From Marsupella aquatica (Eukaryota; Plantae; Marchantiophyta): a stretch of 64,000 nt of DNA. Location: positions 23,039,455 to 23,103,454 of the forward strand of contig OZ316897.1 in assembly GCA_973895155.1 (NCBI GenBank). Reading direction: 5' to 3'. Shown in pieces: positions 52,601 to 64,000 of this stretch (position 1 is the stretch's first letter; the number at the start of each line of letters is the position of its first letter). Both the position numbers and the translations under genes were made by a program. The notes below the pieces were generated by a model, which worked only from the letters and a program-made list of their open reading frames with translations, was not told the DNA's origin and did not search any database.

Positions 52601-55600
52601 CAGTTCTCAAGAAGTGTCATGTTTGAATTTGTATGTACAGGACGGGATTACAGCTCACCAGTGCTTGCTGAAAATGGAGTCCGAACCTTAAAGCCTTCCA
52701 AGAAAGAAACGAATTTCCCGTCCAATCTCACGTTCTGCATGTTTTGGGTTGTGCAGTTGCAGAGCGCATTGCTACTGAACGGGGTGAACAAATTGGGGAT
52801 ACTGTAGGTTACCAGGTAACTGCTTACCTTAATGAAATGCGATTGTTCAGTCTCATGCGTACTTATGCGGTTTCCATGTTGGGTTTGTGAGGTGGGCACC
52901 TAACCGGCATGGCAAGTAGTTCGCTGGGATATGGTGATCGTAGGTTGAATTTGGCTGAAGATTGATGTGTTAACAAAATACAGATTCGGTTGGAGTCCAA
53001 AGGGGGCAAGCATTCGTCCCTCATGTTCTGCACAAGTGGAGTTCTTCTAAGAAAATTGGTTGGTTCTGGAGGTCATTCGAAAACACAAGGTGCAGGGGGT
53101 GCTGCTGATGATTGTATACTGGATGAGGCCGCTGAACTGGATGCGACCCATGTTATTGTGGTAAACTCAACGCTCTTGATTGGTCTATCTTGTTGCTGGG
53201 GGTCCATTTCAGTTCGTTCTAATGTTTGATGGGAAATTTAGGGAGGTGGACACAGCGGTCAATTTACTGCAGAACAGCAGCATTACTTCCTTTAAAGCTA
53301 AGATTTCAAAGCCTTTCCGTCATCTGTGAGCCAATTATTTGGATCTATTCCAGGATGAGATACATGAACGGGATCGAAGCTCCGACTTTTTGCTCATTGT
53401 ACTCAGGTGTGGCTCTTTTCCTCCAATCCACAGGTTTTTTTTTTGTTTCCTTAGGTTTTTTTTTTGGGTTCCAGATTGTGATGCTGATGAAAGAAAGTGC
53501 TGCAGGGATCTCCTTCCTATCAGACCAGACTTACGGCTGGTAAGTCCTCAAATTTTTCATATGGTAGATCAACATAGCACCCCACTGGACAATATACTTC
53601 ATTTATTTGCTGGGTTTGTTTCCTGTAGGGAGCCTGCAAAGATTATTGTCTAAATGTGATGAGCAATTTGATTGATCGTGTTCTTCATTCTTTAGAAAAG
53701 ATTGTATCATATTCACTCTGGTGAGCATGTGCTTCTTGCAGATCCTGATGAGCGCAACACTCGATGCAGAATTATTTTCAAACTACTTTAACCAGTGTCC
53801 CATAGTGCAAGTTCCTGGGTTTACTTATCCAGTAAGTTTCAACTCAGCATCCTATCGACGGGCAGTTGCATCTCTTGGTGTACTTGTTATATTTTCGGAC
53901 TTTTCGGGAGATTTCGGTGTTGAAGGAGTGACGCAATTCAAATTTCCATTGAATCCTACCAATTCGAGTAGTTTCAGAAATGTTCCAGCGTCATCGTGCT
54001 TCAGAAGTGACAAGTCTCTCATTAGCGATTATAAAACCAATAGCTGCACGTTGAATGAATCAAGGCAGCCAACAGACCATATTATGTCAATACTTTCAGA
54101 AATTCTTTAATTTTGAAATCCATGTGTCAACATAGAGTTTCTGGTAATGACAATTACGTGGCAAGAAGGGCTTACGAAGTGAGGCTCAGGCATAACGGAG
54201 ACAGGTTGCATCCCGCGGAACTCTCGAGGGATTAAAAACAGTGATTAAAAGAGTTAAGACCTTGTATCGAGAATACTTTCATTAGTATTCATACTGTTAT
54301 AGATTTACCGTGTTTGGCTCTATCTCTCAGGATTTCAGATTCTCACGTTCTGTAGACGATTTTACTCGACTCAACTGAAATCGATTTTAAACAGCAGCAA
54401 TCACTCTCCCAGACATTGCCGCTTGTTTGGAGTGATCAGGGCCACTCTTGCTGAGCTTGAAAAGTGTTGTTGAACTTTAAAGAACGTAGAAAATTGGATG
54501 AATCGTAGGTGATGCCTCTGCAAATATTAATTTATTGTGTGGCATTTCAGGTCCGTACTTTCTATTTAGAGGATGTCCTGGCATTGACAGAGACAGAGGA
54601 TAGTAGATCTACGGGGCTCAAATTGAGCAAGGAGGATGCAGATGTCATGGACGAGGCTATTAGCACGGCATGGTTAGATGATGACTTCGAGTTGCTATTA
54701 CAGATTGTAACAGAGAACCAAGGTTCATCTCTATGTAATTATCAACATCCTTTGACTGGGGCAACAGCACTGATGGCTGCTGCTGGGAAAGGTAGGGTGG
54801 ATGATGTGTCTCTTTTTCTGTCATTGGGAGCAGATCAGTCCATAGTCTCCCTTGATGGAGCAAGTGCCTTGGATTGGGCAAAGCAATATGGGCAAGAGGA
54901 AGTCGTTGAGTTTCTGCGTAATTATCAAGCAGAAGAGTTGAATTCAGTGGCGGAGGCTGAGCTACTGCGAAAGTATCACAGTTCCATTGATCAAGAAGAA
55001 ATTGATGTCGGCCTGATAGAACGGCTGCTGAAATACATATGTGGGACCCCAAGTGACAATAAAGATATGAACCAGAGTGGTGCAGTGCTCATTTTTCTCC
55101 CCGGGTGGGAGGACATAATGAAGACCAGAGATGTTCTCCAAGCCTCACCTCTATTTGGTGACAGCTCTCGTTATTTGATACTACCTTTACATTCTATGGT
55201 CCCGTCCAGTGAGCAAAGAAAAGTGTTCCTTCGCCCTCCCCCAGGAATTCGGAAAATTGTTCTTTCAACCAATATCGCAGAAACTGCAATCACGATTGAT
55301 GATGTAGTTTATGTTATAGACAGTGGGCGAATGAAGGAGAAGAGTTATGACCCCTACAGCAACGTCTCTACTTTGCAAACAGCCTGGATTTCAAAAGCAA
55401 GTTTAAAGCAACGAGAAGGACGCGCAGGACGCTGTCAACCAGGGGTTTGTTATCATCTCTTTTCAAAAATGCGAGCAGCAGCTCTACTTGAATTTCAACT
55501 TCCTGAAATCAAGCGGACTCCACTTGAAGAATTGTGTTTGCAGGTAACAACTTGCGCTTCAACAACTTGCTGTTACCTCAAAGTTTTGAAGCAAATGTCT

Positions 55601-57621
55601 GTTACTGCTTATTCTGGGGAAAAGCGGGGATGGGGTCTTCTGAACTCAGTTGTTCAGTTCGGGGATCGTTGTCTATTAGAATCAGGCGTGCTATGCTTAG
55701 ATTGCGACAGTGATGTTGATAAAGAAACGTTAGAAAAATCAACAGTGCGTATAGTTTGTTTCGTAGGCTCTGGTTAGCCAACGATCTCATTAATGATATT
55801 GAAATCTTTTGCACTGAACAGGTGAAACTCTTGCAACCGAGCGGTAGGATTGCAGATTTTATCTGTAAGGCCGTTTCACCTCCTCTTGAACTTGCAGTGC
55901 GAAATGCTGTCCTGTTGTTGCAAGACATTGGGGCTCTCACTGTTGATGAACGACTTACGGAGCTTGGAAAGCAGCTTGGTTCCCTACCTGTGCATCCATC
56001 GACAAGCAAAATGCTGATCTTGGCAATCCTTTTGAACTGCTTGGATCCTGCATTAACAATTGCCTGTGCTGCTGGCTACCGAGAACCGTTTGTTCTACCA
56101 ATGGCTCCTGATCAGAAGAAACGTGCTCATCTAGCCAAACAGGAACTTGCCGATTCTTATGGTGGTTACAGTGATCACCTGGCAGTAATTGCAGCTTTTG
56201 ATGGATGGGAGGCAGCTAAAGCTAGGGGTCAGGATGGTCGTTTCTGTTCTCAGTATTTTATTTCAGGTGGCACCATGCACATGCTTGCTGGTATGCGAAG
56301 ACAACTTCAAAATGAGCTTGCTCAAAAAGGGTTCATACCGAAGGGATCTCATTCATGCAGTCTCAATTCAAAGGATCCAGGTATTGTTCGTGCTGTACTG
56401 GTAGCAGGAATGTATCCGATGGTTGGGATTCTCTTACCTCCCTTACCGAATGGGCAGAAAGCAGTAGTACAAACCGCTCGTGGAGAGAAAGTTCGAATTC
56501 ATCCACATTCTGAGAACTTCAAACTTGTGCGTAGCATTCCTCAGAATAAAGCCTCCACAGATGACCTACTGCTCGTCTTCGATGAAATAACTCGTGGAGA
56601 AACTCAGGTCTATATTAAGAATTGTACTTTAGTTAAACCGCACCCGTTAATACTCATTTCTACAGAGATGGTGGTTGTACCTCTTGAGCCAATAGTGGAA
56701 TATGAAGAGGAGGAAGATGATATGTTTGACGATAGTGAGGATGAAGACATCCCAACACAACGGCCTGTCAAGACTGCAGCGGAGAGGCAGATGGCATGTA
56801 TGGCTTCACCGGATAAGAATGTCACTGTTGTTGTGGATCGCTGGTTACGTTTTACTGCAACTGCGGTTGAAGCTGCTCAGTTTTATTGCTTAAGGGAGAG
56901 ACTTGCTGCAGCTCTTGCTTTCAAGGTGGGGTTTGGCCATTTTCGTCGAGCACAAGAGATTTAGTGCCACCTTGTCTTCGTGCGCGAAGATATTCTTCTT
57001 ATGCTTCATTGATGTTTTCTGACAGTCTCTAGTTTGAATATTTGGTTAGTTGAAAAGAACATTAATTAACGGGTATCTATTATTTAGACCAAGTCCTTTT
57101 GTGATGGCTCTCTTTAATATAGCATGAACAGGGCTCCGTGTAAGGTTTTTTTTAATACACTTTTTGTATGCCAGGTCAAGTATCCACAAAAGACGCTGCC
57201 ACCTGTGCTTGGTGCAGCTGTTCACGCAACTGCTTGCTTACTGTCTTTTGATAATACCTTAGAACTTGATTTACCACCATCAAGGAGCTATGGTAGTTCA
57301 AGTTCAAGGTCTGGTGTTGGTCCCGATCAGCGATCTTGGCTGCAAGGAAGTCCAGGTGGGAGTAGATCAGGAAGAGAACGCAACAACGTACCTGCGGTCA
57401 GCTCCAGCCATGCTGAAAGGGGTTCGGGGTCGCAAAGATGGGGCAACTCATTGTATGTAGCTGTAAAGGATGGGAAGTTACAGAAGCAGGAGCAAAGCAA
57501 TAATGTAAAAGTTTCAAGCGCTGGGCAGGGTGCAATTGATACCAGACATAAGGGTTACCACCACCCAGATTCTGGGCGAGGTGCATACTTCAAAAGGCCA
57601 AAGGGAGGTGGTGCAGGATAA
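49642..57621 (+). CDS. DExH-box RNA helicase, DExH6/YTHDC2-like (RGG, R3H, DEIH helicase, ankyrin insert, HA2, OB-fold)
   Basis: 14 exons: 49642-49852, 50476-50566, 51091-51409, 51730-51804, 52053-52097, 52496-52586, 52757-52815, 52984-53160, 53354-53406, 53506-53539, 53742-53831, 54551-55543, 55822-56925 and 57175-57621. Motifs R3H ([13 protein letters not shown]), [28 protein letters not shown], ankyrin [17 protein letters not shown] and QREGRAGR. Confidence 0.96.
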
Positions 57622-58293
57622 TTTACTGTTCGAATGCCTCTTATTTGTGGTTGACTTTGTTTGGAAATCTGTTTGCTTCCCACACACTAACTGTGTGCTC
57701 GAGGCTTCGAGAAAATTCAAGGACTGAGGCTTTTGAAGGCTGCCTGCAACGGAATTGTAGTTTCGGGAGCAATACACCGTGCAGAAGCAAGCAGCGGGAA
57801 TCTCCTCCTCTTTGTCAATGTATCATGCACGGCTTTTAAAGCCACAAGAGACTGGTTCAAGCCAGAAAGTGAGAGAGGTTTGTAATCTCTGTGAAACCTC
57901 CTTGCCCAAAGTTCGGAAGGCTAGTAACCTACTCTCGTCCCTAGTGTGTAAACTAAAAGCAACTGATTCAAGTCTTAGTTCTGAAATTAGATGCCGGTGT
58001 TGTTGAGGGTTTAGGGTTACAATTCGAGCCAGTAAAGGTTCTATTTTAGTAGTCTTTAAAGTCTATCACTTGGTTGTTGTTATGCAGGTGCTATATTGGG
58101 TTCAGAATTAAATTGCATTAACAGGATTAGTCCGGAGGAGTACAAATGAGAAGGATTGGCCCTCAAATCAGAAGAATGGTCCCCGTGGGATACTCTTTAA
58201 GAGAGCAGATGTTTCCAATGTCTAGTCATAAGTATGGGACTGTTATTTTTTCATCATCCGGCTTGTTTAGCCTCAGGAAAAGATAAGCTCAGT

Positions 58294-58584
58294 TGTGATT
58301 ATGAATAAGACAACATTGAAGAGTGGAGATTTATCTGAGCAGATAGTGAGGAAGAAGGGACTAATCAAGCAGGAACCCGTAGTCTTCCACGTTCGGATCC
58401 ATGAACTCTGGGTTCTTGGATTGCTTGTACATGAAAGGAGCATAGTGATTATGATTAAGACAACACTGAAGACTGGAGATTTATCTGAGCAGATAGACGG
58501 GACTAATCAATCAGGGACCCGTAGTCTTCCACGTTCGGAACCATGAACCCTGGGTTCTTGGATTGCTTTGTGCATGAAAGGAGC
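58294..58584. repeat. Tandem duplication of ~150 bp
   Basis: GTGATTATGA.TAAGACAACA.TGAAGA...CATGAAAGGAGC occurs twice (from 58295 and 58445). Confidence 0.85.
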
Positions 58585-59399
58585 GTCGTATCTGTGATTG
58601 TGCCATTCAGTCGGAATTGATCTGGTCGATTTATGCTTTCTCTCGTTATCAGAGTTATGTTTGTTTATAGTTGAGCCGTGACTTACTTGAACTGGTTATT
58701 GAGTGGTGATTGTGCTTGGACATTTTACTTTTTGTGTTTCGGTGATTGTGCTTGCACCAGTATTTTTGTTTGTGGAGCTGTAAGTATGCTTGCCACGGCC
58801 TCGCTGGAACGCAGAATAGAGCCTTATCTATTTCACCTGTCACTGTACGGTACCAGATCCGCCCACGCTCATCATATTAGTAGTTGGCAATAGGAACTGA
58901 CTGTTAGGGTTTATTTGGTTTACAGTGAAGACCACGCTCATTATGCTCGTACTTAGCAATAGGAAGTCACTTTCAGGGCCTAGGTACTAAGAACTCTAGA
59001 CTTGAGAATGTGAAGACGCAGCGAATGGGGATAAATCGTACTTGAACTTTGGGGATGTCGGGAATGGGGACAAATCATACGTAAGTGTCAATAATAAAAA
59101 TCTTTTTGGAGCAAGATTTCTTGTAGTCACTTGTTGGAGCATCCTAAATGGTTCTTTGTAATCATCGGTTAGTCTCCCACATTTAACAGACATACGGAGG
59201 TGGACAAGCTTGTGCACCCACATTTCACAGACAAATACAGATGTGAGAATCAGGTTATATAGACCTTTATTGACTTCAAAATGCACTCAAATTCGATGTA
59301 ACTAAGACTAATGGCTTGCAACTCATACCAAAACATAACTAAACTCAGCGGACAAAATTATAACCCGTCCTCGTTGATCTTGGCGTATACGAAAACCCA

Positions 59400-61129
59400 T
59401 GATTGTGGGTGGGTAAGATCACCTTCCAAGCTTCCTTGCCCGCAGGTAGGACAGTGCAGAACTTCAAAAATGCATCCACCTAAAGTTGACCGGACTAATT
59501 AGAGCGTCCAATTTCCCGCAGATGCACGAAAGACCAACACTGGCATTCGCCGGAAGATATGACAAGTAATAAAAACGTGGTCGACTCAAAGCACCAAAAG
59601 GAATCCGAACAGAATTAATTCGACAAATTTCACTGACATCAAGGAATCTTCATCTTCAAAATCTATAATGAACGACATTCTAGAGCTCGAGGATATGGAC
59701 AAGTTGTTCGGTAAAAGCCAAAGTGACAAGGCCATGACATCATTTAAGAAATAAGACATTCAAGTAAATGTACTCCACGTCCCTGCGCAGCATAGTGATG
59801 GGCAGTCATTTTGGCACCTGCTTCAGGAACACATTTTATATCGTCCGCCTTAGGGATATTGTCTTCTTCATTGGTGATAGACACATTTTCGATCTTCTTT
59901 TGTTCCTTGGAGGAGAAGCCCTGTCTAACCCCCTCCGCGGCAGAGTTGCAACGATATTCTGATTGTCATCTTTCTTAACATGTCCACGCAGAGGCTTCTG
60001 GCTGTCAATGGAGGAAAACATTTTCCCAATTTCGGATTTTTTATGTGGTGTACTTGCGGTAGTGGCAGTTTTACTAGAGCTACTTTCTGCTGAAATATTC
60101 TCCCCTTCTTCATCGTCCTCAGGAGGGGCTACCGTCCAGTAACAAGGAGGTGCCATGTGCGCATGTTGTCTTCCTGGAAGAAGGATCAGATACTCAAGGA
60201 TATCTGGCAGTTCCATGAGTGGAAACACAGGATAATAGATGATACTTTTTCCGGTTCGACGCATAATCTCTTGTAGGAAGAGTCGACTTCGATAACGATA
60301 TACCGGGTTAAGAACATAGAGAGGTATGGTAGCATGGTTCTGAAATGGATGGTGCTCCAAATGTATGAGCGATCGCAGATCAAAATGAATGGCGATTTCC
60401 GCAACAGGAGCAATGTTGTCAAGTATGGCGAACCCAACTATTTGATTACTTGGGACAAGAACCATGTTTAGCCCTGCAAAGCAACCCATACAGCAGCATG
60501 TTGTCATAAGAACTTCTGAAGGAAAGCAGAAAAATACCTCTGTACTTGATATTACTGACTTGTTCTAACCTAGAGTCACAACTATCCCAACAACAGATAT
60601 CCAACTAGTAATAGATGTAGCCTGTTCAACAGACGGGAGATTGAGTAGTAGGCTGAAATAAAGAAACCATCTCTAGCATTATGAAAGCTTGCAGTGTCTT
60701 CTACCTGCATTTTCCACAAATCACTGCTGAAACCTTACTTTCTGCTGGTGGACTGAAAGCAATGTCCAAAAGTATGTCCTTCTCTACAAAATTGTCCACT
60801 AAATCTGCCAGCGAATCCTTGTCGTCTGGTTTAAGGGACCTGACTGCAAAGCCCTGTCAGATCAAACCCATGGAGTTGGTATACGACACATGGACGTATG
60901 TGTATAAGTCCAAAGTTATATCATGAGAATCTGTTCAGGAGGAAGCCTTACCAGAGAGGGGATCAACGTGAAGTAGATATAAACAACGAGTGTCAGCTGA
61001 GAGCTCCTCGTCTTGGTTCGAAGCATTTAGCCTTGCTGGAACACGATAGAAGAAATGAAGAGAGGATGATATGTTGAAACATATGGCAGAGTCACCAAAC
61101 AAAACTCCTTGTTCAATTTCTGCATCCAT
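59400..61129 (-). pseudogene. Unidentified, probably spliced and decaying coding sequence
   Basis: 223-aa ORF 60507-59836 preceded by acceptor-like TTTCCTTCAG (~60516); upstream frame 61129-60706 with internal stops ends at a donor-like AG|GTAGA. No family recognised. Confidence 0.35.
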
Positions 61130-61329
61130 ATTTTAGAGAATTACAATAAAAGAGGCATGCATCTCAAGGATGGTTTTACAATTCTGCAGGCTATGACATA
61201 TCTCAAACTACAGATTCGGCCCAAATTCTATTTTAGAGAATTACAATAAATGAGGCATGCATCTCAAGGATGGTTTTAGAATTCTGCAGGCAATGACATA
61301 TCTCAAACTACAGGTTCGGCCCGAATTCT
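61128..61329. repeat. Tandem duplication of ~101 bp
   Basis: TATTTTAGAGAATTACAATAAA.GAGGCATGC...TTCGGCCC.AATTCT occurs twice. Confidence 0.9.
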
Positions 61330-61361
61330 CAAAGGCATAGCTACATCGTGAGCCAAAAGCA

Positions 61362-61662
61362 TGTTAGGTATTGACTGGAGTTCTAGGCTTAGTTAGTTTG
61401 GCCTTACTAGGGTTAGTTAACCCTGGATTACATTAGGATAAGATCGCTTAGTTTAGGCCCACATATCTTGGCCCCCTTGGGGGGTATAGGTTGGAGGGGG
61501 ACACTCTTTCTCCTTCATTCTTCACATGTATTCTCATTTGCTATGGAGTCTTCAGGAGTTTCTCCACTCAGGGTGTCTATAGCGTCTGATTGAGTGTCTC
61601 TCTCATGTTCCGCATTGCTGTCTAGTCTAGAGCCGATGGTTTCTTACAAGTGGTATCCGAGC
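61362..61662 (+). mobile_element. Probable 5' LTR (~287 bp) plus tRNA-iMet PBS of a truncated LTR element
   Basis: TGTTAGG...CTTACA (61362-61648), 2-nt spacer, then TGGTATCCGAGC (11/12 match to the iMet PBS). Confidence 0.6.
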
Positions 61663-61854
61663 TTAATTCATGCAAAGGGCTCATGGGTTCTATGGGATGT
61701 GGCTGACATCCACAATAAAGTATGAAATGTTGCTATCGATGGGAGAAAATAATCTTCCTCTAAGAAGCAAAAGGATGGGGCGGATTTTGTTTTACAGTCT
61801 TGTTCGGCAAACACCACAGACACTAAGCGTGGCTATTTTCATTGGGCAAATTAG

Positions 61855-64000
61855 ATGTCAGAAGTGGTTGAACTCTACACTGGTTTGGATCAAACCAATA
61901 TGGTTGCCACTGGAACGATCACTATCCCTCAAGTGACGGCAGCAGTTGATGATGAAATTCTTGGTGATGACCATGTTGGGATTGTTGTGAAAGATGTTGT
62001 GGCAGCACAATACTTTCCCAACATCCACGTGGGAGTAGTGAGTTTGATTCGGTGGCGAATTGATTCAAGAAAACTAGTGGCAAATGGAAAAAAATTGTCG
62101 GATATTTTGATGGAAGGTTCTAAGAGGATGGACTCAATGGACAGGGATGAACTCAATGCAGATGTAAGTGATAGAGGAATACTGCGTTCAAGACCCTACA
62201 ATTTAAACAAGAGGAATAAAGTAGATCCAAATGAAAAGAAGAGGAGGTTGTTGGAAACCAAGGCAATTTCAAAAACAAGAGAAGAGTCAATTGATGACGT
62301 AAAAAGAGAAAATTATTGCAAGCAAAAATATTGTCTCATTATGCCAAGGGAAAATTAAACATCGAAGATATTAGGATGGAATTTCATGGGATGTCTAGCG
62401 AATCAAAAATGTCACACATTTTTAACCTCTTTCACTATAGAGAGGATGATGCTTGTGATAAGGGACACCATGTTCTTAAGGGTATGGTCGTATGTAGACA
62501 TGCATTTGCAATTATCTACGGTTTTAGTCACACCAAATATTATGATTACAAAAAGAGATACGTGGAGGGTTGCAAAATTGGGTTTCATGGCAATACGGGC
62601 TTGATGAAAACAAGGCCAAATACCTTGCATGCACAAGCTCTGTTGGAGGCTTTGTTGACTCAAAATGCAAAGCCCATGCCTCATATGCCTTATGGAGGGG
62701 CACATGGAACAGACTCCATTGAGTACCGTCTTCCGTCATGTTACAAGAAGCTAGAGATTCTGGAAGATGTGAGACCAAAGATGAAGGAAGAAGGGTTTTC
62801 TCCCGTCACAGAGAATACTCTCTACAAGATCTGGAGCAACTAAATAATTTGCAAACTTCAGTTTCCATAAAGATGGTGCATTTGCCAAGTGTACTCTTTG
62901 TTATGAACATAAAGACAGCTTGATGCGAGAAAGAAGGAAAAAAGAACATGCTAAAATTGAAGAAAAACGAGCGCAACATCTTCGTGAGCAAATGTCATAT
63001 AGATATGTTTACTACGCTCATTTAGTGATGGCCAAGCAACACCCAGGAGAATATCTTTGCATTATTCATGACAAGATGGATCCTTAGGGGTCTCACTATA
63101 TGGGGACCTCCCCATCGCCTGCGCCATTTTTAGGCCTCGAACCCTCTAAAATGTAAGAATTTTTAATTATTTTTTAACCCCTTTAAAGTTGGAATATTCT
63201 CAAAATATTCTAAAAATTGGATTAAAAAGACCCTAATGTTCTTATAAGTCTCAAAATTGAATTTAAAAAACCCTATTGTTCTTCTACAAAAATTCTTAAG
63301 TCTTCCCTTAGAACCAATAAAATGACCCTATCCTTCGTTGCACGTGATATGCCATTTTTGTGAAAGTGAAACCCCCGAGGATGGATCAAGCAAAGACATG
63401 GATTCCAAAAATGGTTAGTACGTACTCCTAAATCATTTTCGGGTCATGGACGGTCATGGAATGCCGTTACCTATTGCTCTCACAGGATGTTAACTCAAGG
63501 GAGGGATCCAGGAGTTTATGCACACTTTAGTGTCACTGGCCTTTGGCCAGAACATGCCAATTTCACGGTGACGTCCTGGCTTGGCTAAGTGTCTTTGAGA
63601 CCTTGAAGAGTACAATGGAGACAAGATAAGTGACATGTTGGATGAACTTCATTGGGAACCTCACAGACCTTTCTTTCAAGCCCTACTTGATTTTGAAGCA
63701 TTTTTGACGGGTTATTTGGAACCAAAGAATATACTAGGGAATAGGTATATTGGTTCTAAAGATGGAGCCAACAGTCAGATTGAAACCGTCCCAAACCGGC
63801 AAGACAAGGATGATGGAGAAGACATGCATGAGGAGCAAGACAGTCCTTTGTTCAAGCCCTTGCCAAGACACCTAACATTGTAGATGAATAATTCAGCAAA
63901 GGACAACAAAAACCAGACTGTCTTGGCATTTTGTAGCGAGCTTGTGAGTAGAGGAGTATTTGAAACTATTCAAATGTCTTTTCTAATGGTTGGTCATATG
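61855..64000 (+). mobile_element. Decayed DNA-transposon transposase, Sola1-like/DUF7869-type; runs off the right edge
   Basis: Fragments read VCRHAFAIIYG, HGNTG, FAKCTLC, CIIHDKMDQAKTWIP, LPRHLTL*MNNSAKDNKN..LAFCSELV.RGVFETI.MSFLMVGH. Frameshifts, stops and a MITE insertion. Superfamily assignment is from recalled motifs. Confidence 0.65.
63083..63379. mobile_element. Copy of the 26087-26383 TIR element inserted in the transposase
   Basis: 8-bp TSD GATGGATC; removing it restores HDKMDQAKT. Confidence 0.93.

Overview
Eukaryotic, intron-rich land-plant DNA. A flagellar CFAP99-like gene plus plant SPA and DExH6-like genes point to a flagellated-sperm lineage, most likely a bryophyte such as a liverwort (inference). 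Four apparently intact host genes are present: CFAP99-like (+), RAD51 (-), SPA (+) and an R3H/ankyrin DExH RNA helicase (+). They sit among many transposons: a Bianca-type copia 3' half, a near-complete copia with LTRs, PBS, TSD and a nested 1.7 kb solo LTR, a full-length L1-like LINE with an 18-bp TSD and two nested insertions, further solo LTRs, several MITE families and a decayed Sola1-like transposase. The most notable structure is a rearranged local duplication of the helicase 5' end, 3-4 kb upstream of the gene. It forms a ~245-bp-arm inverted repeat (candidate hairpin/siRNA regulator) and a possibly spliceable RGG mini-gene. Also notable: a Cys-rich uORF overlapping the SPA start, a palindrome-and-spacer array inside an LTR, an LTR+PBS running straight into a DNA transposase, and an HSP60-fragment/organellar-maturase mosaic. 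All calls are by eye and no database searches were run, so exon boundaries may be off by a few bases.
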